Part shown: piece by piece, positions 48,272-60,959 of the stretch
Position numbering within the stretch: position 1 is the stretch's first letter
Layout: each line of letters opens with the position of its first letter
Assembly (NCBI RefSeq): GCF_036365525.1
Contig: NC_090414.1
Coordinates: forward strand, 19,677,846-19,741,845
Direction of reading: 5' to 3'
DNA from: Heterodontus francisci
Lineage: Eukaryota
DNA: 64,000 bases
Made by a program: the position numbers and the translations under genes
The notes under the pieces: model-generated
Database searches by the model: none
Told to the model about the DNA's origin: nothing
The model's input: the letters and a program-made list of their open reading frames with translations, nothing else

Positions 48272-51200
48272 CTGCAGAAAGAATGCTGGATTTAAGATCG
48301 TGGACAAAAAACAGATGGGCACAATACTGACAGCGCAGTGACTCCCCAAAGACACCATCTACAAGGCACAAGTCAGGAGTGTGACAGAATACTCTCTGCA
48401 GCTCACCACCACCTTCTCAAGGGCTATTAGAAATGGGCAATAAAAGAGGAATTTTCTGGTGTATTCCCCCCCCCCCCCCCTCTCTTATTGGGACTGGGTT
48501 TTTTCCTCTCCCAGGAGATTCCAAGTGTTTCCAAGATATACTGTAAGATAGTCATGCTGAGCACTGGAAAAGGGACTTTTTTGTAATCAGTATAAGTAGA
48601 GAAAAGTAAAAGTTTGTGGAACCTGTGTAGATTACTCCAATTGATTGGTAACCACTTTAAATCAAGGACAAGGGACTGTGGGCCTGGGAGGAAGGAAATG
48701 ATTAATCACAATGCTTCAGCCATCAGGAGTTTGACGGACCAGCTGGGCACCTCCTGTCCAATTTTATATGTTTGTATCTGGAACGCGCTGCCTGGAAGGG
48801 CAGTGCCAGCAGATTCAGTAGTAACTTTCAAAAGGGAAACTGGATAAATACTTGTCAAGGATTCATTTGCAAAGCTATGGGGAAAAGAGCTGAGAAGTGG
48901 GACTAATAGCCCTACCAATGAGCCAGCACAGGTGCAAAGGGCTGAATGGCCTGCTTCTATACTGTATGAAGCTCAGGCTTCAGCCCCAGAGGGAACTGGC
49001 AAATTTCATCTTACACACATAATGATTACCACTCCCGTTGTACAAAGTGTCATGCACGCAGCTGACCGGGTTAAATATTCATAAAACTGACCACAACTGC
49101 ACATTGAGAAAGATAGTCATTGCCTGCTGCTCTAGATAACTCGGCCTCCTTCACACAACAGACCGCAACTACCCTATCCTAGAAAGTTAGTCATTTCCTG
49201 GCAACCTCCGTAACCCAGCCTCTTGCCAAGGATTTTACAAGCAGCCGGCCAATGTGAAGAAACAGCTCCAATTACCCTCTGCAAGACCCAATATGGAGTT
49301 AGGCTGCAGATCTCCTTGAATGGAAAACAGGTCTGAGGGGCTGAATTGCCCTCTCCCTACCCCATTATCTGGGGCTAGGAGTTGAGCAGGGGTCTGATCA
49401 TTTGCAGTCTTAAAAGGCCAATCCCACCCGTGCAGCAAGAAGCTCTGAACCCATTAGGGAAAAATAAATTACACGATTTTACAGCACAGAAACAGGCCAT
49501 TCAGCCCATCTGCTCCGTGATGTTTCTGCTCCACACGAGCCTCCTCCCACCCCCTCTTCCTCTCACCCCATCAACATCTCCTTCTATTCCTTCCTCCCTC
49601 ATGTATTTATCCAGCTTTCCCTTAAAACGTATCGATACTGTTCACCTCAACCACTCCCTGTGGTAGCCAGTTCCACATTCTCAGTGAAGGGTCACCACAA
49701 CACAAATGATCCGTCGTCCAACACACGGAATATGACGGCCATTTTAGCTGGAATTTTTTTTTAACCCCGATCATCACTTCCTACTTTGCTCATCACAAGA
49801 AGCTGGTTTTCTGGGGGGGGGGGGGGGGGGGGGGGGGCGGGGGAATTCAGTTCCACGGGTGCTGATTCCTTTGGGCTATTCGACCACAGGAGCTGAACCC
49901 AATCCTGCCACTGCTTGATGATCACAGTTTGTAACGGGGGCTGGAATTCCAGGCAGATTTCCACCACCACCCACCCAAGAGCACAGAGTTGTAGGATGAT
50001 CCCCTTTTATATTGTCTTGGCTAAGATGCAGTACAGATAGGGGATCGAACCCGGGACTCCCCTGGCTATATGGGCAGTGCATATACCCATGGAGTCACTC
50101 AGTTTCCTTTAATGAATCAGAATCAAAAACAATAACTTAAATTTGCAAAGTGCCTTTAAGCTAGTAAAACAAGGCAGTCTGCAGGGGCATAAATCTGACA
50201 AAATTTGACAGAAAATCATATAAGGAGATATTAGGACAGGTGAAAGCTCGGTCAAAGAGGTCGGTTTTAAGGAGTATCTTAAAGGAGGTGAGAGAGAAAG
50301 AGAGGCGGAGAGGTTTAGGGAGGGAATTCCAGAGCTCAGGGCCCCCCAGGCAGCTGAAGGCACGGCCGCCAATGGTGGAGCGATGGGAATCAGGAGGTGC
50401 GCAAGAGGGCGGAGGGTTGCAGAGATAGGGAGTGAGACCGTGGAAGGATTTGCAAACAAGGACAAGGATTTTTAAATTAAGGCGTTGCTGGGCTGGGAGC
50501 CAATGTAGACAATGAGCACGGGGAGGGGGTGTTGACAGATGAACAGGACTTGGTGTGAGTTAGGATACAGACAGCAGAGTTTGCGATGAACTGAAGCTGA
50601 TAGACGGCGGAAGGTATTAGAATGGATAGCTCATGGCGAAGTGGTACAAGAGTTAGGCTCACCTCGGCACTGGTAAAGTTTTGGTAGAATCGGGAGCCGT
50701 TGTATGGAGCCGTCCAGTTCCTTTTTTCAGCATCTGAGCAGCTAAGAAACAAAAATCATTCAAACTTGGCAAGACTCGGGTACCGACCAAGGCTTTCTTC
50801 CATAGTCCCAACACCTTGCCCTTACCACGAACTCCATTCTCCCCGCCACCAACACCCGGTTTGGTCAGGCTGGGCAAGACAGTACACTAAGCTCAATGCT
50901 CTTAGGCTGAACTTTGGATCCACGTCTTACCCAACACCAAAAGCCATTCACTCCCACCTCCTTGCCCATCCAGCTGTTACCCTGCCCCCTACCTCTGCCA
51001 GAACTCTCATCTGCCTTTCCCTTTAACTCGAGAGTCGATGTATCCAGATTCTCCCTGATCCTGCTGCCCAAATCCCATCCCACACCAAGTCCTGTTGACA
51101 ATGGCCTCTGCTGGATCCCTGTCCACGGTGTGCTGGGGTCAATATCAGCCGCCAATAAAACAGATGATCCGCTCATTTATCCCATTGCCGTTTGTGGGAT

Positions 51201-54200
51201 CCTGCTGTGCACAAATTGGCTGCTGCATTTCCTGCATTACAACATTGACTCCTCGTCAAAAGGTTCTTCGTTGATTGTTAAAGCACTTTAGAAAGTCCCA
51301 AGATCATGAAAGCTGCTCTCGGAATCCAAGTCTTAACGTTCTTCCCCACCCCTCGATTTCGTAATTATGTATGGCCCCCTCCCCACCGCTGGTGGCACAG
51401 CCACCTCAGCCCTACTCTCTGGAACTCCCTTCCTAACCTGTCCAATCCTCTGTCCTCCCCAACCCTTAAAACCCCTCAATTCCACCAACATTTCAGTCAC
51501 CTCTTCCAATCCTTCACTCAACCTCTTTGCCCGTCTTCGGGTGCTGTGCGTATGAAGCCACATACTCCTTCCACCAAATATGGTTCTTACCTCTTTATCT
51601 CATGTTCTGCAAGGATAGACTGACAAAACGAGTTGAGCCCAACTCGTAAGAGGCAGCCGGAAACCAGCAAGAAGAACAGGTAGATGCAGGACATCACCAG
51701 GCAGGCTGTGAGCCATCGCAGGCCCCTACACATGCAAAACAGAACAAAGTCTCAATACAACACCCATCTTAAGACAAGGGTACAACCACCACCGCCACTT
51801 TCTCAAGGGCAATTAGGGATGGGCAACGGACACTGGCCTTGCCAGCAACACTCACGTCCCATGAAAGAATAAAGAAGGTTTAATCTTGCTTCACAGAGGC
51901 ATGGTTGAGGGAAGGGCAGGACTGGCAGCTCAATATTCCAGGGTATAGAATCTTCAGGTGTGACAGGGGGATGGGGGGGGGGGGGTGGCTGTAGAAGAGG
52001 AGGTGGCATTGCACTATTGATCAAGGAGTCAATTACTGCAGTAAGGAGGGATGATATCTTAGAAGGTTCCTCAAACGAGGCCATATGGGTAGAACTTAAA
52101 AACAAAAAAGGGGGCAATCACTTGGCTGGGAGTGTACTACAGGCCTCCAAACAGTCAGGGAGAGATAGAGGAGCAGATATATAGGTGCAAAAATAATAGG
52201 TTAATAATAGTAGGGGATTTCAACTTCCCCAATATTAACTGGGATAGTCTTAGTGCAAAAGGGAGCGAAATTCTTAAAATGTATACAGGAGAGCTTTTTG
52301 AACCAGCATGTAGAAAGTCCTACAAGAGAAGGGGCAGTACTGGACCTAATCCTAGGGAATGAAGCCAGTCAAGTGGTAGAAGTGTCAGTGGGGGAGCATT
52401 TCAGGGATAGTGACCGTAACTCTGTAAGATTTAAGGTAGTTATGGAAAAGGACAAAGAGGGACTGGAAATAAAAGTACTGAATTGGGGGAAGGCTGATTT
52501 CAATATGATAAAACAGGATCTGGCCAAAGTTTCTTGTAGGAAAGTCGACATTAGACCAGTGGGAGTCATTCAAAAAGGAAATAGTGAGAGTTCAGATCCA
52601 ACATGTTCTCATAAAGGTGAAGGGCAGGACCAACAAGTCCAGGAAACCCTGGATGTCAAGGGATATAGAGGATTGGATAAGGAAAAAAAAACTAGGCTTA
52701 TGATAGATTCAGAGTGCTGAAAACAGCAGAGGTCCTAGAGGAGTATAGAAAGTGTAGGGAGTACTTAAAAAAGTAATTAGAAGAGCGAAGAGGGGGCACG
52801 AGAAAACACTGGTGGGCAAGATAAATGACAATCCCAAGGTGTTTTTAAGTATATCAAGGGCAAGAGGATAACCAGGGAAAGAGTAGGGCCCATTAGGGTC
52901 CAAAGTGGCAATCTGTGTGTGGAGCTGGAGGACATAGGTGAGGTTTTAAATGATTACTTTTCATCTGTGTTCACTATGGAGAAGGACGATGTAGGTGTAG
53001 AGATCAGAGAGGGGGATTGTGATATACTCGAACATATTAGCATTGAAAGGGAGGAGGTATTAGCGGTTTTAGCAGGCTTAAAAGTGGATAAATCCCCAGG
53101 CCCAGATGAGATATATCCCAGGCTGTTATGTGAGGCAAGGGAGGAGATAGCAGGGGCTCTGACACAAATTTTCAAATCCTCTCTGGCCACAGGAGAGGTG
53201 CCAGAGGACTGAAGGACAGTGAATGTGGTACCATTATTCAAGAAGGGTAGCAGGGATAAACCAGGTAATTACAGGCCAGTGAGTCTAACATCAGTGAAAA
53301 CTATTGGAAAAAATTCTGAGAAATAGGATTAATCTCCACTTGGAGAGGCAGGGATTAATCAGGGATAGTCAGCATGGCTTTGTCAGGGGAGATCATGTCT
53401 AACAAATTTGATTGAATTTTTCGAGGTGGTGACTAGATGTGTAGATGAGGGTAAAGCAGTTGACGTAGTCTACATGGACTTCAGTAAGGCTTTTGATAAG
53501 GTCCCGCATGTGAGATTGGTCAAGAAGGTAAGAGCCATGGGACCCAGGGCAATTTGGCAAATTGGATCCAAAATTGTCTTAGTGGCAGGAGGCAGAGGGT
53601 GCTGGTCGAGGGTTGTTTTTGTGAGTGGAAGCCTGTAACCAGTGGTGTACCACAGGGATCGGTGCTGGGACCCTTGCTGTTTGTAGTGTACATTAATGAT
53701 ATAGATGTGAATATAGGAGGAATGATCAGTAAGTTCGCAGATAATACGGAAATTGGTGGTGTTGTAAATAGTGAGGAGGAAAGCCTTAGATTACAGGATG
53801 ATATAGTTGGGCTGGTAAGATGGGCAGAGCAGTGGCAAATGGAATTTAATCCTGAGAAGTGTGAGGTGATGCATTTTGGGAGGACTAACAAGGCAAGGGA
53901 ATATACAATGGATGATAGGACCCTAGGAAGTACGGAAGGTCAGAGGGACCTTGGTGTACTTGTCCATAGATCACTGAAGGCAGCAGCACAGCTAGATAAG
54001 GTGGAAGGCAGATGGGATACTTGCCTTTATTAACCGAGGCTTAGAATATAAGAGCAGGGAGGTTACAATGGAGCTGTATAAAACCCTAGTTAGGCCACAG
54101 CTGGAATACTGTGTACAGTTCTGGTCACCATACTATTGGAAGGATGTGATTGTACTGGAGAGGGTGCAGAGGAGATTCACCAGGATGTTGCCTGGGCTGG

Positions 54201-57200
54201 AGCATTTCAGCTATGAAGAGAGACTGGATAGGCTAGGGTTGTTTTCCTTAGAGCAGAGAAGGCTGAGGGAGGACCTGATTGAGGTGTACAAAATTATGAG
54301 GGGCATAGATAGGGTAGATAGGAAGAAACTTCTTCCCTTAGCGGAGGTGTCAATAACCAGGGGGCATAGATTTAAGGTAAGGGGCAGAAGGTTTAGAGAG
54401 GATTTGAGGGAAACATTTTTTCACCCAGAGGGTGGTTGGAATCAGGAACACACTGCCTGAAGGGGTGGTAGAGGCAGGAACCCTCACAATATAAAAAGTA
54501 TTTAGATGAGCACTTGAAACGCGGTAGCATACAAGGCTACGGGCCAAGTGGTGGAAATGGGATTAGAATAGATCGGTGCTTGATGGCCGGCACGGTCATA
54601 GGTGGGCTGAATGGCCTGTTTCTGTGCTGTATGACTATGACCTCAGCCCAGCAAAAGGCCCCAGCTCTCTGTCTGGTTCACCTGGATGTGAGCAAACAAA
54701 AATGTGCATTCATCTAGCACCTTTAAGATACTAAAATGTTCCAAGGTGCTTCACAGGAGAGTGAATCAGGAGATATTCGGGACAGGTGACCAAAAACTCA
54801 GTCAAAGAGGTCGGTTTTTAAGGAGCGTCTTAAAGGAGAGAGAGAGGCGGAGAGGTTTAGGGAGGGAATTCCAGAGCTCGGGCCCCCAGGCAGCTGAAGG
54901 CACGGCCGCCAATGGTGGAGCGATGGGAATCGGGGGACGGGCAAGAGGGCGGAATTGGAGGAGCGCAGAGATCTCGGAGGGTTGTGGGTCTGGAGGAGGT
55001 GACAGAGATAGGGAGGGTTGTCGGGGCTGGAGGAGGTGACAGAGATAGGGAGAGGGCGAGACCATTGAGGGATTTGAAAACAAGGATGTGAATTTTTAAA
55101 TATAGGTGTTGCTTAACCAGGAGCCAGTGTAGGTCAGCAAGTACACGGGGTGATAGGGGAACGGGACTCGGTGTGAGTTGAGACACAGGCAGCAGAGTTT
55201 TGGATGAGCTCAAGTTAAGGGGGAGACCAGCCAGGAGTGCATTGGAATAGTCAAGTCTAGAGGTAACAGAGGCATGAATGAGGGTTTCAGCAGCTGATGA
55301 GCTGAGACAGGGGCGACGTTACCGATGTGGAAATAGGCGGTATTAGTGATGGTGCGAATATGAGGTCGGAAGCTCATCTCGGGGTCAAATGTGACATCAA
55401 GGCTGTGAACAGACTGGCTTAATTTCAGACTGTTACCAGGGAGAGGAATGGAGTCAGTACACTGTTGCCCCTGGCACATATCGGCACGGTCTCATGCCAT
55501 CTCCCGCCCCAGGCAGCGTGCAGCCTACGGTGAACACGGTGATACCAACACTCACCGGCTCGCCCCCTCAATGCAGTTGGCGTAGATGAAGTAGAAGACT
55601 GTGCAGAAGCAGTAGACAGCGATCACCACGGAGACGGCACTGATAAAACCACAGAGCGAGCCACTGCCAAACTGGACAAGCCCCAGGGATTTGCTGGTGG
55701 TGTTCCACTTGGCCGCGCCATAGAGAATGCACCTGGAGCCAAACTCGCCCTGCAACCAGAACACAGACACTGGAATCTCAGATACTGAGCCGCACAGATA
55801 CCGGACTCCCAGACAGGAGCCCAATCCACTTCCGAAACCAACACTCGGAGTTACAGGGCAGCCCCTCTTCCCTCCTCCACCTCAGCCTGACACACAGACA
55901 AAACTGACTCTCAGAGCTGCCTTGTTCATCTGGGACAAATGTTTTCAGCCACTCTGAATGGGAGGGTTATTCACGTGGCTTTCTGCGGCAGCACTGGCTC
56001 AGCTGGTATCTCTTTCTCTCTCCCCTCTGAGTCAGAAGATCGTGGGTTTGAGTCCCATTCCAAAGTATATTTGCCCATCATCTAGGCTGACACTCCCAGT
56101 GTCAGTACTAAGGGAGCGCTGCACTGTCGGAGGTGCCGTCTTTCAGATGAGACATTAATCCAGGTCCTGTCTGCCCTCTCAGGTGGATGTAAAAGATCCC
56201 GGGGCCACTACTGGAAGGGGATTGGGGGGGTGTGGTGGGGGGGAGGGAGTTCTCCCCTGGGGCCAATATTCATTCCTCAACCCAACATCACTAAACACGC
56301 GCCATTTATCTGGGTCATTATCACATTGTGGGATCTTGCTGTGCACAAATTGGCTGCCGTGTTTCCTACGTTACAACAGTGACTACACTTCAAAAGTGCT
56401 CGGTCGGCTGAGAAAGGCGCTATAGAAATGCAAGTTCTTTCTTTTAGGGACACAAGCGTGTTTCTGGAGGGAGGAGGAGAAGAAGAAAAAAAAAGTCAAA
56501 TCACGGGATCGAGCAGAAGCTGCTCATTATTTCATTCTCATTCCGAGGGGTGGGAGGAGTAAGAGAGACAGTGGGGGGTGGAGGGGGAACAGTCCATCTG
56601 TACCAGACTGTAGGGGGGGGCCAAACTGGCCATCTCCAGTGCCTCTTCTTGTCAGGATGTTGTTCACACTCAGGGCAGCTGGGCTGCCTCAGGCTGCTGT
56701 AGCTTACTTACACAGACACTGCTCACAAAAATCAGAAAGGATTCTTCCCCCCCCCCCACCCCTCCCCTCCCCTCCCCTGGCTACCTCTTCGCCTTGGCTT
56801 GCAATGTCCAACCTTGTTTTAATACAGCCATATTTTAATATGCACTATATCGACAGTATAATTTCCTCAAGTTCAAGATTATTCTTGTTCTATTGGTTCT
56901 TGGGCCATAGGAAATGCAGACAGGGAAGCAATCACTGCACTTCCCTAGTTGCACAGAACTGACCACTACACAGTGTCACGTACAGGCCCAGAGCAGGGTA
57001 GAGGTTGCAGGTTCCCTTCCCTGAAGGATATTAGTGATCCAGTTCGTCGAGTGTAAATCCGGTAGGTTTTTTTTTTCTGTGTTAATTCTTTCACGGGATG
57101 CGGGCGTCGCTGGCAAGGCCCAGCGTTTGTTGCCCATCCCTAATTGCCCCTTGACAACTGGAGTGGCTTGCTAGGCCATTTCAGAGGTTCTGTGGATCTG

Positions 57201-58455
57201 GAGTCACATGTAGGCCAGACCGGGTGAGGAGGGCAGATTGACCTTCTCTAAAGGGGCTGGGCGGGTCAGGACTCTTGCCGCCGAGTCAGGAGGTTGTGGA
57301 TTCGAGCCCCGCTCTGGAGCCTCGAGCACGGAAAACCATGCCGATGCTCCCCTAGGGGGGAGTGCCACACTGTCGGAGGTGCTGACTTTTGGGTGAGACG
57401 TCGAACTGAGGCCCCGACTACCCTTTCGGGTGGGAGTAAAAGATCCCACGGTCGTGATTGGAAGAAGAGGTGGGGGAAGAACACTTCCCCAGCACGAGGC
57501 CAGCAGCAGAAAGCCATATCCCATTTCCTCCCTTACTCCTGGGAAAGCAGACCCCCCCCCCCACCCCACACCCCTCAGAGATCAAGTGATTTGATTACAG
57601 ACCATACATGGTCCCTGACCAGCTGAGACATACTTGGAACAGGTCTGTCTGATACCTATATTTTGAAGAACGGTGTTTGCAGATGACCCTTAACCCTTAG
57701 TAATACAGCTAAACAGAACATCTCAAACAAAGCAACGTTCAGTGGGACCATCTCTGGGCTGGGGTGTTGGGGGAAAGTGGTGTGAAATTGACACTTGGTA
57801 TCCAACACGTGTTTTTAGCTACAAAAACTGAAAAAAGGGAAGTTATTTTCGTGAAAACATTTTGTTTTTAAATATCTCCGAACTTTTTCCTTTTTGAAAG
57901 TTGGCTTGCTACCCTCTAGTTTAAGACACGTGTTGCCCACCCCTTTTTAAAAACTTTTTTTTTTTAAAAAACTCCAAATCTTTAACTTTTGCCACTAGTA
58001 TCGAACTTGCCCGAAGTTTCCCGTTGCGGTTAGAAATGAAAAGAAATAGCGAGACAAAGATTAATCAAATCAGAAAGTCATACAATTAACAGCAAAATCA
58101 AAAGCAACCACACTTTTAAGGAAAATCGTCAACCTTGCTAAGCAAAACTAACCCAACTTTTCTAGAAACAGTCTTGCTTTTTTTTTTGTGACAAAGTCCG
58201 GTTAATATTTAGTCAAAAGATGTTTCTAAATTGGGATTTATTTGGTTGCTGTTTTGTTCTGCCAGTTTTCCCCCTCTCCTCCCACTTTATTTCATACCTG
58301 GGTCTGGTTGCTGTTTTGTTCTGCCAGTTTTCCCCCTCTCCTCCCACTTTATTTCATACCTGGGTCACAGTAACCAAGGCAGCAGTGACAATCCCACAAA
58401 TAAAGGCAGCTCCATAAACCAAAAGTTCCAAAAATAAGAACACAGAAAGCGCCAT
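48107..58455 (-). CDS. TMEM179B: Transmembrane protein 179B, 5 coding exons, 222 aa
   Basis: Exons 58455-58360, 55749-55556, 51725-51591, 50741-50663 and 48271-48107 are GT-AG and phase-consistent (669 nt). MALSVFLFLELLVYGAAFICG..TQ-GEFGSRCILYG..-SCSDAEKRNWTAP..FYQNFTSAE-TSTWVNFFFW..GETDRLV matches TMEM179B as recalled. Confidence 0.93.
50663..50741 (-). CDS. TMEM179B: TMEM179B exon 4
   Basis: CSDAEKRNWTAPYNGSRFYQNFTSAE. Confidence 0.92.
51591..51725 (-). CDS. TMEM179B: TMEM179B exon 3
   Basis: GLRWLTACLVMSCIYLFFLLVSGCLLRVGLNSFCQSILAEHEIK (not present in the ORF track). Confidence 0.92.
51890..54640 (+). mobile_element. CR1 (HER1-like) LINE, near-complete but disrupted ORF2 (APE endonuclease plus RT), in TMEM179B intron 2
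   Basis: YYRPPNS..IIVGDFNFPNINW (endonuclease); DKSPGPDEIYPRLL; YMDFSKAFDKVPH; [20 protein letters not shown]; LVRPQLEYCVQFWSP. Several frameshifts and stops; short ATGACT tail. Confidence 0.96.
54700..55450 (-). mobile_element. L2-clade LINE 3' fragment
   Basis: SLDVTFDPEMSFRPHIRTITNTAYFHI..; LADLHWLLVKQ..KIHILVFKSLNG. Confidence 0.85.
55556..55749 (-). CDS. TMEM179B: TMEM179B exon 2
   Basis: GEFGSRCILYGAAKWNTT...YFIYANCIEGAS. Confidence 0.93.
55985..56440 (+). mobile_element. DeuSINE-like element, near full length
   Basis: TGGCTCAGCTGG head; CAGTACTAAGGGAGCGCTGCACTGTCGGAGGTGCCGTCTTTCAGATGAGAC core; tail AGGCGCTATAGAAATGCAAG. Confidence 0.75.
58360..58455 (-). CDS. TMEM179B: TMEM179B exon 1
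   Basis: AAGATGGCG start; MALSVFLFLELLVYGAAFICGIVTAALVTVTQ|GTATGA. Confidence 0.92.
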
Positions 58456-58774
58456 CTTCCAGCCACAAGTACAGAAACCCGGAACTGCAATCATTTTCTT
58501 AAAGGGGAGGGGAGGGGATCTCAGGGGAACTGCCTTTTCCTCATCTGACATTCATTTGCAGAACAAGGGGGGGACTCACTCACATTCACTCCCTCATGTG
58601 CAACGGAACTGTTTAATCCTATTTGCAAATGTTATTTTTTGTTTGCATCTGAGTCACATGCAGCCCTTTCCTGGGTTGCTGCCAGCATCAACCCAAGCAG
58701 ATGAGCTTGTCGTTTGTCTCATTTGAAGTGTTAGCCTTGGCTCAGAGGTTTAGCACTCCTGCCTCTGTGCCCAT

Positions 58775-59260
58775 GAAGGACTGGACAAGCCGCTAACTCT
58801 GGACCAGCGGACAAAGGCCGTTAGGTCCTTGGAGATGAGTAAAACTTCCGGAAGCGACGGCTTACCGGTTGAGTTGTATTCGATTCTGTGGGACTGGATC
58901 GGCCCAGACCTGCTGGAAGTGTACGAGAGTTTGCTCCTGGCCGGCAGCATGTCAGAATCCACGAGGAAAGGCATCATCACCCTCATCTACAAGCGGAAGG
59001 GGGGAGAGGGCGGAAATCAGAAATTGGTGCCCCATCTCACTGCTTAATGTTGATCACAAGATTCTGTCCAAAGTCATCGCCAATTGAGTCATGTCTGCTC
59101 TGGAGTTGGTAATTCAACCAGAACAGACCTGTACTGTACCCGGCAGGAAGACTCATCTCCTTTACACTCTTTGTATTGTTGACTTGGTGCTGTTTGGAAC
59201 TGTTTTGTAATGCAGTTTTTTACAGATTTTTATAAATTAAGTATATTTTGGGAAAAAAAA
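58775..59260 (+). mobile_element. L1/Tx1-clade retrotransposon fragment (RT N-terminal part joined to a 3'UTR and poly-A)
   Basis: LDKPLTLD..SKTSGSDGLPVELYSILWDWIGPDLLEVY..RKGIITLIYKRKG..NWCPISLLNVDHKILSKVIAN, then a T-rich 3'UTR and A8. Confidence 0.85.
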
Positions 59261-59317
59261 GGTTGTGGGCTCATGTCCCACTCGAGACTTGAGCACAAAA
59301 ATCCAGGCTGAAGCTGC

Positions 59318-60865
59318 CAGTACTGAGTGGGTGCCGCACTGTCAGAGGGTCAGTGCTGAGGGAGTGCTGCACTGTCAGAGGGTCAGTACTGAGGGAGTGC
59401 TGCACTGTCGGAGGGTCAGTGCTGAGGGAGTGCCGCACTGTCAGAGGGTCAGTACTGAGGGTGTGCCGCACTGTCAGAGGGTCAGTGCTGAGGGAGTGCT
59501 GCACTGTCGGAGGGTCAGTACTGAGGGAGTGCTGCACTGTCGGAGAGTCAGTACTGAGGGAATGCTGCACTGTCGGAGGGTCAGTACTGAGGGAGTGCCG
59601 CACTGTCGGAGGGTCAGTACTGATTGAGTGCTGTACTGTCGGAGAGTCAGTACTGAGGGAGTGCTGCACTGTCAGAGGGTCAGTACTGAGGGAGTGCCGC
59701 ACTGTCGGAGGGTCAGTACTGAGGGAGTGCTGCACTGTCGGAGGGTCAGTGCTGAGGGAGTGCCGCACTGTCAGAGGGTCAGTACTGAGGGTGTGCCGCA
59801 CTGTCAGAGGGTCAGTGCTGAGGGAGTGCTGCACTGTCGGAGGGTCAGTACTGAGGGAGTGCTGCACTGTCGGAGGGTCAGTACTGAGGGAGTGCCGCAC
59901 TGTCGGAGGGTCAGTGCTGAGGGAGTGCCGCACTGTCAGAGGGTCAGTACTGAGGGTGTGCCGCACTGTCAGAGGGTCAGTGCTGAGGGAGTGCTGCACT
60001 GTCGGAGGGTCAGTGCTGAGGGAGTGCTGCACTGTCGGAGAGTCAGTACTGAGGGAGTGCTGCACTGTCGGAGGGTCAGTACTGAGGGAGTGCCGCACTG
60101 TCGGAGGGTCAGTACTGATTGAGTGCTGTACTGTCGGAGAGTCAGTACTGAGGGAGTGCTGCACTGTCGGAGGGTCAGTACTGAGGGAGTGCCGCACTGT
60201 CGGAGGGTCAGTACTGAGGGAGTGCTGCACTGTCGGAGAGTCAGTACTGAGGGAGTGCTGCACTGTCGGAGGGTCAGTACTGAGGGAGTGCCGCACTGTC
60301 AGAGAGTCAGTACTGAGGGAGTGCCGCACTGTCGGAGAGTCAGTACTGAGGGAGTGCTGTACTGTCGGAGAGTCAGTACTGAGGGAGTGCCGCACTGTCG
60401 GAGGGTCAGTACTGAGGGAGTGCCGCACTGTCGGAGGGTCAGTACTGAGGGAGTGCTGTACTGTCGGAGAGTCAGTACTGAGGGAGTGCTGCACTGTCGG
60501 AGGGTCAGTACTGAGGGAGTGCCGCACTGTCAGAGAGTCAGTACTGAGGGAGTGCCGCACTGTCGGAGAGTCAGTACTGAGGGAGTGCCGCACTGTCGGA
60601 GAGTCAGTACTGAGGGAGTGCCGCACTGTCGGAGGGTCAGTACTGAGGGAGTGCCGCACTGTCGGAGGGTCAGTACTGAGGGAGTGCCGCACTGTCGGAG
60701 AGTCAGTACTGAGGGAGTGCCGCACTGTCGGAGAGTCAGCACTGAGGGAGTGCTGCACTATCGGAGGGTCAGTACTGAGGGAGTGCAGCACTGTCGGAGA
60801 GTCAGTACTGAGGGAGTGCCGCACTGTCGGAGGGTCAGTACTGAGGGACTGCCGCACTGTCAGAG
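59318..60865 (+). repeat. 33-bp SINE-derived tandem array A, about 47 copies
   Basis: Unit CAGTACTGAGGGAGTGCCGCACTGTCGGAGGGT. Confidence 0.97.
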
Positions 60866-60959
60866 ATGGGATCTTTAATCCCCCATGCCTGAGGGGGAAG
60901 TCGAGGGCCTCAGTCTAACATCTCATCCAAAAGACAACTTTGACAGTTGCCCCTCCAAG

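Noticed and set aside
51890-54640. Active or domesticated reverse transcriptase gene
   Set aside because: Multiple frameshifts and stops and a mutated catalytic motif (FADN instead of FADD); an ordinary dead CR1 copy.
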